A DNA stretch of 64,000 nt. Source: Paragordius varius. Its lineage: Eukaryota; Animalia; Nematomorpha. The DNA is taken from contig OZ176051.1 of NCBI GenBank assembly GCA_964247055.1, positions 13,268,001 to 13,332,000 of the forward strand. The letters are read 5' to 3'. Numbering within the stretch: position 1 is the first letter of the stretch; each line of letters opens with the position of its first letter. A program made the translations under genes and the position numbers. Below, piece by piece: positions 26,800 through 40,500 of the stretch. The notes below the pieces were generated by a model. That model searched no databases. It worked only from the letters and a program-made list of their open reading frames with translations, and had not been told where the DNA came from.

Positions 26800-27300
26800 A
26801 CTTCATAACTTACTTTGTCCGCGATGACATATGGGGTTAGTTTTATATCGTAGAGCTCAATCTTGTAAACTGTTTTTATAATTATTTCAATTATTTAATT
26901 ATCAACACTGCTTTGTATTTAGATAAAAAAGCTAATTTTTACAGTTTTAAACATATAGAGTCTAAAATACTCAAAAAGATTAAAATAAATAACTGAATGC
27001 TTTTGCTGGCAAAATTTTACTTGAGAGCTTAATTAAAAGTTCACATTTTTAACAATTATATTATTTGCCTATTGTATTAGCGATTTTAAAAAAATTTAAG
27101 ATTAAAAATGGTGGTCAGAAAGTTTGATAAGAGGATTACAATTTCAATAATAAATATATGCCTTAATAAAGAGAGTATATTTTTAAATTAAGCTTAATAC
27201 TTATATTTTTTATCATATTAAAATTCAAATCGCTCTGGGATATAAAATTTCCTCCAAAAGATCATGAAGTGTTAATACTTAAACCAATTCTAATTGTGAA
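26800..27300. repeat. Dispersed repeat (probable MITE) shared with 57880-58420; related pieces at about 23.1-23.5, 25.8-26.1, 38.2-38.7 and 41.1-41.5 kb
   Basis: ggggttagttttatatc..agagctcaat.ttgtaaa, tttagataaaaaa and ttatttgcct.tt..ttagcga blocks are collinear in both copies. Confidence 0.6.
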
Positions 27301-28587
27301 CTAATCTCAAAACTAAAAGCCAAATCCACCATAATCGATAGACGTTGATGCTTCATAGTTACCAAAATAGGCATGTTATTGCAAGTAAATAATTTTTTGT
27401 CATTCGGAGTTTTTAGGATTAATAGGTAATAAATTTATATTCAAACAATGAATTTTGGTCTGGATAGATAATTTTACATCTGGAGAACTATCAATAATCT
27501 ACAAATAATTAAAATAATGACATAACTGCGTACAATGGGGTATAAAAAAATAACCTGATGAATTATATATATCAAGATTGGAAAAAATATCAGGAATATC
27601 ATGAAGCTTTGGGCCACGAGTGATTTAAGAAAGTAGTAAGTGCTCCATATCAGAAAATGACAAAATTCGTTCACATTTTTTAAAAATTTTTTTTTGGTGA
27701 AAGATATATGTTTCATCAAAAAATATAACAACTATAAAAAGCAAAACAATATTTCTATAAAATTTGCAAAAGTCCCAAATTTTTTCGCTCCTCTAAAATG
27801 GGTGAGTTCTCTTATAATAGCAGGATTGCACGATAAAAATTTATAGTATATGCTAAATTTTTTATCAAATAATATTTTCTAAAGTGATTACTTTTTCTTT
27901 AATTTTTATGCGAAATTTTTGAGCATGATAAAAACGGTTTAAAAACGCTTTAATATATTATAAGAAGACATTTTCTATATAAATTGATGATGCGGAACAT
28001 TGCTTCAATATTCTTTGAAATTTTGGTGTACTTTTGTAAAAATTCGATTTTTTAAACTTAATATTGTGGTTCTTTCTACGACACTCTGAACAAATGTATA
28101 TTTATTGCTACTATTTTTCCTTTATTATAATTATATGAAGTGTTGATGAATAAAGCTTTGTTGATGCGTTTTCCTCAAATATTAAAATTTATTTGACCAA
28201 TGTGCGATAAAAATGCGTTTTTTTTATTTTAATTATTAGCAGAAAATAAAAAAAACTATAAATCTAGTTTTTTACCGCATTTTTTCGATATTCATTATCC
28301 TGAGGATTATATCCAAATGACATATGATTAATAAACATTTATTTCTTGCTCCCCATTTTCGCAGCACATGTTAAAGAATTTAAAGTATTTCTATCGACCT
28401 TAATTCTTATTTAAAAAAATTATATTTAATGAACAATAGCAAAATAGAATTAATTAAATATATTAAATGCTCTATCTGTTACTTTTAAATTTTCAAAACA
28501 TAGCAAAATTATTAATATATATATAAATTTATTTAAGTTGGAATCATTTTGAGATAAAATAAAATTTGTCTAAAATTTCTTTAAAAT

Positions 28588-31500
28588 TTAATATAATGTA
28601 TCTCTATTTAGCCAAAACACAGTTTCGAAGTTTGCTGTATGTGGAAACATATCAAATAAACGCATTTGTTTAATGCTAAATGGTTGACCGGGCAACCGTT
28701 TTGTACTGGGCCGAGTGAGATCAAACAAATTTTTACATGCTCCTTTCATTTCATCGCGCCTGGCATATTTGTCTTTGTGATTTATTCCACCTACATATAT
28801 TATATACAATTATCTTATTATACATTTTCACTTACATTTACTCTTATTTTTGCATCTTACAAAAAGAAAAAATTATTGATAAACCATTCAAAAGGGACGA
28901 ACATATGCATACAATAAAATGATGCGGTCATTTGTTTTTTTTTTTGCTTTAAAAATGTATCAAGAAATACTAATTAAGAAATTAGAGATTTATCGATTTA
29001 CGCACACTAAAAATAAAACTACAAAAAACATCGCACAATGACTGTAGACCAAAATTTTAAATTATTAATTTCAAATCTATAAGATTTTTTAATTAAGGGA
29101 CGAAAAACGTAAAGATATACATATAGAAACCAGTAATATTTCTCACTAGTTCAAATAAAGAATTCATCCCTTTTAAAAAAAGATTTTTAAATATTTATCT
29201 TTTGATACATGTATTAGTACTTATTTCTTGATCCTATACTATTAAATATTTGTATATATACATTAATCACTGTATTTAGATTACCCAAAAAATCACAGGA
29301 AATATAAAAGAGATGTGTTATGGATTCGCAACTTCGTATACAATCTATAACAGGCCGGGCTACACCATTACGGGGTGGATCCAATATGGCTATAAACATG
29401 GGTTTCTTATAACTTTCTCCTTTCACCCCTAAACAATATGGCATATATACATTTTGATCGTGTTAAATAAGATTTTGTTATGTGCGTTGGACATGATGTT
29501 AAAGAGACACCTCATAACGAGTTAAAAACAATTAATAAAACAAAATTCAATATTTTTCCATCCGTAGAATTATAAAAAAAGTGTTAGTAATTAAACTCCC
29601 TTGTAATGGGTTTTAGTACCCAAAATGTTTTATTGTATTTTTTGCATGTCCATTCCTATTAGGGTCATTTTTTCTTTATTCAACGTCCTTACCGATTCAA
29701 TTTCCTAAACGTATTTACATTTTAATTTTTAGCATATTATAAACGAATTGCCGGGGCTTTGTTTAACCATACCTGTGGCGCAAGGAAGGAGTGTTAATAA
29801 ACTTAGTAATAACATAAAAGATATATAAAAACATATATAAAAGTATATGAACCATATCGATTACATTATTTACAAAACAAGAACTAAACAGGCTCATACT
29901 GAGAATATGAGATTAGGATGTGTTTATCGGAAGTAGTGATTAGAAGAAGCAGAAGAGATAAAAATAATTATTTTAATTTCAGACTTCAGATAGAGAAAAG
30001 GAGTGATCTGGAAGAATACTGAAATGAAAAATGAATTATTGAGGAATCTAATAAAAGAGGTCGTAGTCAACCTCTATTCTAAACCATCAGAAGAGTAACA
30101 AATCAATGCCAACACCCAAACATTAAAATTAAGAATGATGAAGGAAAAATCTTGACGACGATAGAAATTAAAGAAAGATGGGAAAGTTACACCAAACAGC
30201 TATATAGTGCGCACCCAGGAGCAAACTGTGATAGACGAATATATAGGAATGTGGATGATGAGTTATGTATTTTGGAGGTAGAAGTGATAAAAGCTTGAAA
30301 ATCAATACCAATAAGGAAAGCCTCTGGAATAGATAATATTCCATTGGAACAAACGATATACCGTAATCAGTTATAAATAGATTGTCTAAAAAAGTATGGG
30401 AGTCAGGTTGGCCAAAGGACTGGCAAAATTGACCGTTTATCCCAGTGTTTAAAAGGTAATAATCAAATTGTGAGAAGTATAGAAACATAGCTCTCATCAG
30501 TCATTATGCAAAAATTTTGGAAATCATCCAGAACAGATAACATCATATGATAGCCAGAGAGATTCCAGATGTTCTAGCAGGGTTTATTTAATACAGAGAG
30601 TGTTGCCTTTCACCATCCTTGTTTAGGATTTTTACAGAAATGATCATGAGAAAAGATGAAGGTACTGAAAGCCTAAGAATAGGGGGGAAGGATAACAATC
30701 TAAGATTCGCAGATGATACGACGCTGAGCGCATAATGTAGTAAGTTTTAATAATATAATAAGGTTAGTAAGCGAAGAAAGTAATTATGAACTAAACCGCA
30801 ACTGTAAGAAAACCAAAGTTATGAGTTTATCAAAAAACAAACCTAATATAACCGATGACACTTTAGTAGAAGTAGTAAATAAAATCCTATTCTTAGGCTC
30901 TTTAATAGATATTATTCGATCCTCCACGTCAGATATTACTCGCCGCATAGCATTCGGAAAGCAGTTGCGAACAAGTTAAAAATTTATCGAAAAGATTTAA
31001 CTATGTTAAAAGTGAGAGTATATGCATGGTTTTTCCGGTAACGACTTATGAAAGTTGGTTAAAACTGAAAAAGAAGAATTTCGAAATAAAGGTGGTCTAC
31101 AAGGTTAATGAAAAACAATAGAAGAAAAATTAAATATTGAGTGTAAATTAATGAGTAATAAAAACTAAGTTTATGTACATAGGACATATTTTAAGAAGTA
31201 CATCCCTTAAGAAGTTTTGAGAAAGTTGAGGAAAAAAAGGAAGACTGATGTTAAGGTGGCTGAATGAAAAGAAGCTGTTAAATTTATAAGTAAATTAAAG
31301 AAAATAGCACGGGAAAAATACAAGGAGCGAATATTTTTAATTTCCAAGGAGAAGAACTCGACCTAAAGAAAACCTACCTATCTAAAAAACTCATCAATCA
31401 AAAAAATAAAATCTTGTTAATAGATTTCATGTTGCGAATATTATATCGATACCTACATTCATAGTAATTATGTGGGGAGTCTATTGGAAATAAATTTTAT

Positions 31501-34500
31501 TAAAATAAATCAAATTATGCCCCCAAAACGTAAGATATTTAAAAGTGAATTAATATACCATTTATAAGAGTTTTATCCAATAAAAGACATGGTAAGTATG
31601 TTTCAACATTTCCACAATGATATGAGGTTATGGATTGCAGACCTAAATCATTTAACAAAAAGAGCCATATATAAGGGTGTGCGTGTGTGTGTTAATTGGC
31701 GGTTAGAAAATGTTGGTATTTTGATGCATCTTTGAATAAATGCATTCATGTTTTATGGTACTTTATAACAACAAAACAATTGTGCAATTTACGTGTTTAA
31801 AGAAAAATATCATAAGTAAAATATTGACATTTCATGACCATTTAGGGGTTTCTGTACCCACGTGCGATTTCATATTGGAATATTTGAAAAATATATTTAA
31901 AATATTGGGCCTAGCCTTTAAGCCGCTTGATGTTATTTTTTTGCAAAACAATACCATATTAGAGGAGAAATTCTTATCTCAAACTTTGTGGCCGACTTAT
32001 TGAGTTTTTATATGCTAAAACAAAAGTCAAATAAATATATAGCTTTCAGGAAAAGCATCATATTATTTCATATGAAAGTTAGCTGTTTATTACTATCGGG
32101 TCTCGGAACCATTTTGGAATTCTATAAGTTAAAAACTGTAAAACAATATAAGTTTTTTTATCAGCTAATGGAGAGCAATCATATTAAATTTTTAACTAAA
32201 ACAACCTTGAAAACATATAATTATAAATTCCTCAAAACATAGGGTGGGGTGATGAAAAAAAAACTTTTCGACTTGACTTGCAAGTTTTTCACGTCATGGC
32301 TTTTATGTGATAAGAAAAATTTAACAATAGAGAACTTAAGTCAAGCAAGATGATTTTGAGGAGATAAAAAATCATGTGATCAAGTAAAACTTATAAATTT
32401 TGCAAACAGATTTTAAAATATGGATAAAATTATTTTGAGACTATTTATGTATCTAATTTACGCTTTATATGTAATAAAACCTTTGATAATGATATAAATT
32501 GTTTATTTAATAAATTTTGGCTAATTAACCTATTTTAGAAAAAATCTTAACAATACATATAAAAATATGCTTAATATACACTAGACAACAAATTTTGACT
32601 TTTACTGCCATTCTTGTAAATTTAAAATTTATTTCATTAAAGTACATAATTAGTATATCTGAAAAGAAAATTGGTCTAGCACCCAAGAATTTTTTTTAAA
32701 TCAGAGTTTATCGATAATTTTTGGCCCGATTTAACATGAAACTCGAAATCTTGAAAATTAAAAGTTTTAGATATAAAACCATGTTTTTGATATCATTCGA
32801 AAGAGCGCAAAAAACTGTATCTTTTAAATGGTAGATCTCATTTAAATCAATCGGATGTAAAAGTTATTTGGGTTTAAATGGTCGAAATTTTTACTACTTT
32901 AAAGTCAAATATTTTCACAGACAAACTAATTTGAAAATCATATAAAGTATATTATATAATTATTAGGGTTATATTAGTATTTAATTAAAAAAATGTTTGA
33001 AGCTCTTGCTTTTTTAATAAAAATTATTATTATCATAAATATTTTATTTAGTGGATACTAAAATGTATAGTTATAACTGTAAATTTATTAGATAAAGGCT
33101 ATAAAATATCAAAAATACCTCAAACTTTGTTTTTATTCTTAAAATTTTTATCAGCCTCGTAACGAAAATAAATTAATATTGATGAAATGTTAATTTTTAA
33201 AAAACAAAAAACCTAAAAATGGCTGTTTTGAGGACATAAAAGCAATAAAAAAATAATCAAAAAAACTTTCTTATGTTATCGTTTTTGGACATTCATCACC
33301 ACCTAGACAAAGTTTAAGATAGTTTCATCCATAAAATAAATTAATTAAAAAAATGATCTCGCTTCGCGCGTTTGTCGTTCTTTGTGTCCAATATTAACTG
33401 TCGATGTAATACATATTAGTATGCATTTAATAGAGTTTTTATTACTCTTACGAATGATATATTACAAATGGGGATTACTTTTATTTTTTTAAAGAACATT
33501 TTTTAGTAATTTGATAAAGATGGCGCATAATCAAAAAAATAAAATTTTACAAAATTTTTATAAAGAGTTATTTTATTTCAGATTTACTGTTAAAATGATA
33601 ATAAATATCAGAAAATGAAAAAACTCGAATGGCAGAAAAATTTGTTGTCCAGTGATATCAATTCCGTGAACTAGCAAAAAAATTGATTTTATTTCTTAAA
33701 ATTGTTAATCAAATATTAAAAAATTTCAAATCATCGTGTAATAAACGCTAAAGGTTACTTCACTATTAATTTAAATAAGAATTTTTTTAATTATCAATTT
33801 ATTTCGAATGTAATCTTGATGATTAATTAAAATAATAATATGTTATATTGTATAAGCATCTTCCCATTATGTTTGCAACTGGACTCCTAACAAAATGAGT
33901 ATTGTGTTAAAATAATAGAGAGTGTTTTAAGGGCGAATGGTATAATCAAAATTATTACCTGGTTCAATATTTAAAAAAATCTATAATATTAAATAAGATA
34001 GGTAATGCATATTGGATTAGTTGTTTATCTTTTTATTTTGGCTAAAAATGATCAAAATAATTTCCGTAAAATTCGAATTGGGCAAAAAATGCAAAAGACT
34101 TGACTTAAGTGTTTTTTTTATCACCGATCTTCAAGTGTATACTTGCTAGCTTAAGTGAACTTGCTCAACTTGCCACGCTTGACTTACATGTCAAGTGCGA
34201 CTTTTTTATCACTTCACCCATAATATTCCATATAAAATTAAAAGGTGCTAAGTGTGAATAAAAAATTTTTTTAAATAACTTTAATTATGTAAAAATAACC
34301 GTTGATTTCAGAATTTATTTTAGCGTCACATATGGCCGATGAGCAATTATCGATACCAAGGACGTTTGTAACTGCGGGCATTTGCTATCACATAAAAATA
34401 ATTGAAATTTTATGCCTAAAAGATTGTATAAATGCCTGAAAAATATATAATGCAAAAGTCGTACCATAAATGCCTGAAACAGGAAAATATCACAAATATA

Positions 34501-37500
34501 CAGTAGCGTATGACATAAAACAATTTTAGTCCATAAAAGAGTAATAAAATGTTTTTTTTAAAAAATAACAAGGGGATATTATGGATATGTATGCATACAA
34601 CTAGGCTTGTTTAAAAAAACTATTCTTATGTTTTATGCCATACGCTACTGTAATAGATTACATTCAACATCCCTTAAAATATGTAATACAAAATAGATAA
34701 TTTGAAAGATTTCAAACATAATCTATATATTTATAAAAATGGAAAATGCTGGCTTTGTGATCTGGTACAGGAAAACCGGTAGACCCAATCGAATCCAAAC
34801 TTAGAAAAAATATATCATTTATGAATGCCCCGACAATAGCTTCGCCCTTTTTTTGAAATAGGCCCCCAGTTCGGGCAAAAATCGTGTCTTTGAGACAATT
34901 TTCCGGAGAACGTGTTGGACCATTCATTTTCAAATATAATTTTTGTTTACTTATTTTCGATTGCGTTGAACATAGTCGAGCCACATTTTTGATTTAGGCC
35001 CTCTTTTTACCCGCTCCCCCCGTAAAATGTCACCTTTTTCAAAAAACAAAGTCCACAAAAATAATATTTAAATCGATTTTTCGCCCTAGGTATGAGACCG
35101 TAAAAATTCAATATGGATTACACGTATTCCCTGTTAAAAAGCAAAAATTTTAGTCAAGCGTTTATTTAATGATAGCTGCTGGGTAAGGAGCTACCCGCTA
35201 AAAACTGATTCCTTATGTAACTTTGTGATCTGTTTCCGAAAAACCGGTGAACCCAATAAAATCCAAATATCGAAAAAATATAATCTTTAATAAATGTCCC
35301 GACAATAGCTTCGCCCTTTTTGGAATTAGGTCCCCAGTTTGGGCCCACCCCGTGTGAAAAATGGGTTACAATTTTTTGGAGAACGTGTTGGACCATACAA
35401 TTTCAAATATAATTTTTGTTTACTTATTTTTGATCGCACTGAACATAGTCGACTCACTTTTTTGATTTAGGCCCTCTTTTTACCCGCCCGTAAAATGCCA
35501 TTTTTTAAAAAAAAACAAAGTCCACAAAAATTTTTTGATTGTATTTTTCCCCCAAGTAAACAATATATACCATTTACACTTCAAGAGTGTCCTTGAACAA
35601 TTCAAGTTGGTCCTTGAACAGTTCAAGTTGGTCCTTGAACAATTCAAGTTGGTCCTTGAACAATTCAAGTTGGTCCTTGAACTAATTCAAGTTGGTCCTT
35701 GAACAGTTCAAGTTGGTCCTTGAACAGTTCAAGTTGGTCATTAAAATTTATAAATTTTGATTTAACCATAATTTTTGTTTTTATTTAATTATTTATTAAC
35801 CTAATTTTCTTTATTTATTATATATTTATTTATTTAAAAATAAATTTTTTTATTGAAAAACCACTTTTTATGTTTAAAACTATTTTTTTTCAATTGAACA
35901 AAATTATTGACTTTTAAATGTTTTTAATGAAAAATTTTAATTAATAACCCAGAAAACTTATATATTTTTTCATTTCGTGTTAAAATCTTATAAATATCTA
36001 AATTTATTTTGAGAAATTAATAAAGATATACGGTTTTTCAAAGATTAAAAGTTGATATCGATTTGAAATTTATGTTAAATAATAGAAAATAGGTTAAAAA
36101 CAATAAAATAGACGAATTATATTCGATTTGATTGATAAAATTTAAAAACAAAACAAAAAAGTTAAAGGACCAACATGTATTGTTCAAGGACCAACTTGAA
36201 TTGTTCAAGGACCAACTTGAACTGTTCAAGGACCAACTTGAATTGTTCAAGAACCAACTTGAACTGTTCAAGAACCAACTTGAATTGTTCAAGGACACTC
36301 TTGAAGTGTAAATGGTATATTATTATGAATGCACCGTTTTAAAATTCCTATAAATTCATTTTTAAAGAATGTTTCGAAATAATCCACATATGTGGATCAT
36401 TTTATTGTCCCTTATTTCAAATAGCCCCCCCCCCCCCCTACCCCAGAAGTCCGAAGGACTTCCTCGTGCTGCGTAGCAGCACGAGATTTACGCTAGTAGG
36501 AATTATAAAATCATATATATAAAATTTTTGTTTGATAAACCTTAGCTATGTATTGTCCTATGGTACCAGCTCCACAACAAAGATCTAAAATGGTAAAAAA
36601 TGGTTGTCCAGTTTCATTTGTTTTTGGACTTGAATAAGGCATAGAAGACAGAATGGTCACCAAGTATTTTAGTAATAATTCGTAAACACCGGTATTAACT
36701 AATTATAAAGAGGTAAAAATGTTTTTTTTATTTGTGGTATTTTAAAACCTCACTTAAAAAAGCCGAAATTTCAAAAATATTAACTAATTGAAATATTCGA
36801 CTTATCAACACTAAAAATCTATAATAAACAACTCATGATTCAACTAAATAAAAAAATGATGATATGGACCTAAAAATATGATTGGCAATTATTGACTTAT
36901 TTTTTTTGTTATAACTACCAAAAAAATAACTAAAATCAGTGAAAGTTATTTATAAAAAGTGTTTAAAAAGTTACCTTGGAAAAAAGATAATGGTGATATT
37001 TTAAAGGTACAGACTTTGCCAATTCTCGAATCTACATGCGTTAAATTGTGACAAGATTCGCCAAAGTTTTGATTAGGTATTAAATTTTCAGTATTTAGCC
37101 CTAATATTAGATTATTAACAAATCCTTACATAACATTTCATATATCATAATACGATATATTAGTGACAGTTTAAGATAAGATTGCAAATCGAATTCTCTA
37201 ATTCTGTGAGTGGAAAAAGTTAAAAAAAGTGTGGTTTTTACTTAAGGAAAAAAATTATTTAAACTAATCAAAAATATAACTTTACTAGTTGGATTATCCT
37301 AAAAATATCGGAATTTACCAACCAATAAAAACACAAAATTTGTTTTAAGGATGAATTTTAAACAATTAAACACAAAAAAAGTTTATATTAATATATACCA
37401 TTCATGCTTAAATTCATTGATACTTGTATTGAATCTGTTCCGTAAATATGTATAAGTCCATTTTCATTGTTAATATTATTATTGCTTTCAACATTGTTTT

Positions 37501-40500
37501 TCTTGTGTAATACTGAATGCTCCAACAATATATAAAAACTTGTAATAAATTTCTTTATATCAGAGTTTTCATTAATTTGATCATTGGAAAAAATGTATTT
37601 TTGGAAGTAATCACAGAGAAATTGGACCCCCACTGAAGACGACGACTGTAAACAAATTAGTTTAGTTATAAGGGCAAAAATAAAATAAATTATTTTATAT
37701 TTTCCTCCATATATCTATGCTCAAGATGTATATCGATTACACTTTTAAAATTAAGGATAAATTATATTGGTGTTTTTGGAAAAACGAGGTATTTACGTTA
37801 ATCCCTATAATTATAATAACGATAATTTTTGAGTTACTTTTTATATTTAAAGAAGAATTTTATGGGAAAATACTTTATAGGGAAAAAACTTTTGAGAATG
37901 AATTTTAGACAAATAAGGAATTTTTACGTTTTCAAAATAATCCTGATTAATATGAAGTATAGCCATACACTGATTGAAAGATTCATTTTCTTTACATAGG
38001 AAATTGTTTGTTGTGAAATCTAATAATATGATTATATATATATATCACTTTTGCAGTACACCCATTATTTATTGTGGTAAATTGTTCTTTTTTTCCATTA
38101 TATGCGCCCATATGGTGTTAAAAAAAGTAATTTTTAAAAATTTAATGAACACATGAAAAACATTTTAAAACTTCATGACCTATTACTTTTTTGTCGTAAT
38201 TAGCGTATTGAGGTAGTTTAATATCCTAGAGCTCATTTTGTAAATAAACTATGGTTTTAAAAGTTATTTTAGTTAAAATTGAATTAACAAACATTGTTTA
38301 ACGCATTGGATAAAAACTAAATTTTTTACAGTTATCATTTCTAAAGTCTAAAATTGGTACAGTTCCAAAACAAAATCGAAACATTCTGATATTAAAATCA
38401 AAATATATCAAGTTTTTGCTGGTAAAATGTAATTTGAAAACATTTTAAAGTTAATTCTTTAAATTTCTTACCATAATAATTTACCTGTTGTGTTAGAAAT
38501 TAAAAAAAGAGAAAAAAATGATGGCGAAAAGTTTGAATTTTTACATTTTTAATTTGTATTTTACACCTAAAATGCTAAAAAAAGCTATTTATACCATAAA
38601 TCCTTTTAGGATATTCAAATTTTAAATCGCTTTGGGGTATAAAACTACATTGAAGCGTTAAAAAAAAGTTCATTTAATATCTAAAATTTTATAATTTAGT
38701 AATCTTTATGTGTTAACTAATAATATAAACAGAAATATGCAATAATAAAAATTAAATTTTGTGATTAACAAAAATTTATATAAAATCAAACTTGTCCGTA
38801 ACGTTAAAGTTTTCCAAACACCATCTCGTTTAACGTAATCATAAGGTGGATATTTAGCTAACTCAGGATCGGTTTGAAGTAAATTTTGAAATATCTAAAA
38901 TATAATAAGGTTTTTTTTGAAAAGTTTTACAAATATATATACACATGTATTTATATATCGCTCAGTTTCGTCAAATAATTATATTAATATGAAAAAATAC
39001 AATTAGCAACAAATAAAAATATAGTAAAAATAACCCTGACCACCAATTTCATGCGATCATTAACATGAACACAATCCGTGATAGGTAGGACATTTTGAGA
39101 ACCGTTTTTGTATGCACTTTCACGAAAACCTATAATTATCGTTGTTAATTCAGTATTTGAATGTATTTTTTCTGTATATAATTTTTGTGATACGCTTAAA
39201 CAATCATTTTTATTGTTTTCAAGCCAAATATTTTTGCCAACAGTAAATTGGCATTTATTTCTATATTCCGTGACTAGAGGAGAGGGTACTATCTCGATTT
39301 CACAGTCTACTAGCGCGACTGTATATTGATAGTGTGGCAATTCTGTTTTACTCAGTTTTTCATACTTTGCCAGGGCCTTATGAAATGCTTGTGATTTCGA
39401 CTTTGGAGAATTAAATAAAATAGTTTAGCAATATTGTATTGAAATAATGGAAAAAATATATTTATATTCAAAATGACTAAGAGAGAGAAAAATATCACAA
39501 TTAATGTTCAATACCTTTTAGGATAGTTTAATATACCAAAGCGATTTAAAATTTGATTATCTTAAAAGGTATTTAGGAGGTATTAAGCCGAATTTTAATT
39601 ATGCATTCTATAACATTTTAGGCAAAAAAATTGTAAAAAGACCTCATCTCAAACTCATTCGCCACTATTTCTTTTAATTTAAATCACTATAACAACAAGC
39701 AAATGTATATTATGGTTAAAAATGTTAATAATTAACTTTAAAAAGCTTGGCATATTACTAGCAAAATCTTGATATATTTTGATTTTAATATTAGCCGTTC
39801 GTTTCAGTTATGTTTGAGGCTGTCCTTTTACACTCTAAAAGTCACAAAACTGTAAAAAATTAAGCGTTTTATTTGACACGATGACAATGTTTGATAATTA
39901 GTGAACTTAAATAACTTTATAAAGTGTATTTTATTTTTAAAATTAAGCTCCGTAATATAAAACTACCTTAAAAGATAAACTAGGAAAAAAAGTGAAAAGG
40001 CAATAAAGTGTTATTTCAAAAGTAATTTCGTAGATCTATATCCAATAATTCTTTAATCTGTAAATACTCATGCCCATTAAAAAAATTGGCAAATTATAAA
40101 TTCGAAATTGATATTTCCTACACACCGTATTAGCTACAATGTTTAACCTCAAATTATAAAAGAGCAATAAAATAAATTATTTTTTAATTTTATGAATTCC
40201 AAAAATTTTTCTTCAAAAATATCAAAAATTAGCACTTGTAATTGTTTTTCATATGGTATGGCATGTAATGGCGTTACTATATCATCGACATTCACCGAAG
40301 TGTTTTCTTTTATAATTTTATCCTTTTGGGGATTAAAAAATGGATCTGCGCTTGGTTTCGATTCCTGCATAAATAAACGAAATTCTTATCGTTTAAGAGA
40401 TATAAAATAATTGTTCAAATAATTAATTACCTTGACTATCAAATTTTTATTCTTCCATTTTAGACCGTTTAATTTTGATATTGCATTTTTTCTATCTTCT

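Noticed and set aside
27474-27731. 85-aa hydrophobic ORF downstream of TRMT2A
   Set aside because: Composition is typical of random AT-rich ORFs, and the splice combinations tried gave no recognisable protein.
35480-36298. ORFs with NCSRTNL and NSSWSL peptide repeats
   Set aside because: They are translations of the 21-bp tandem repeat, not genes.
35570-36315. 21-bp repeat arrays as a CRISPR array, or as heat-shock or STAT elements
   Set aside because: The repeats are contiguous with no unique spacers, mirrored at both ends of a TIR element, in a eukaryotic intron with no cas genes. GAA-N3-TTC fits neither HSE (GAA-N2-TTC) nor STAT (TTC-N3-GAA).
40365-40384. Upstream acceptor at 40384 for TRMT2A exon 4
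   Set aside because: Phase is incompatible with the donor at 40431. The acceptor at 40364 gives VK-ESKPSADP, matching the family.
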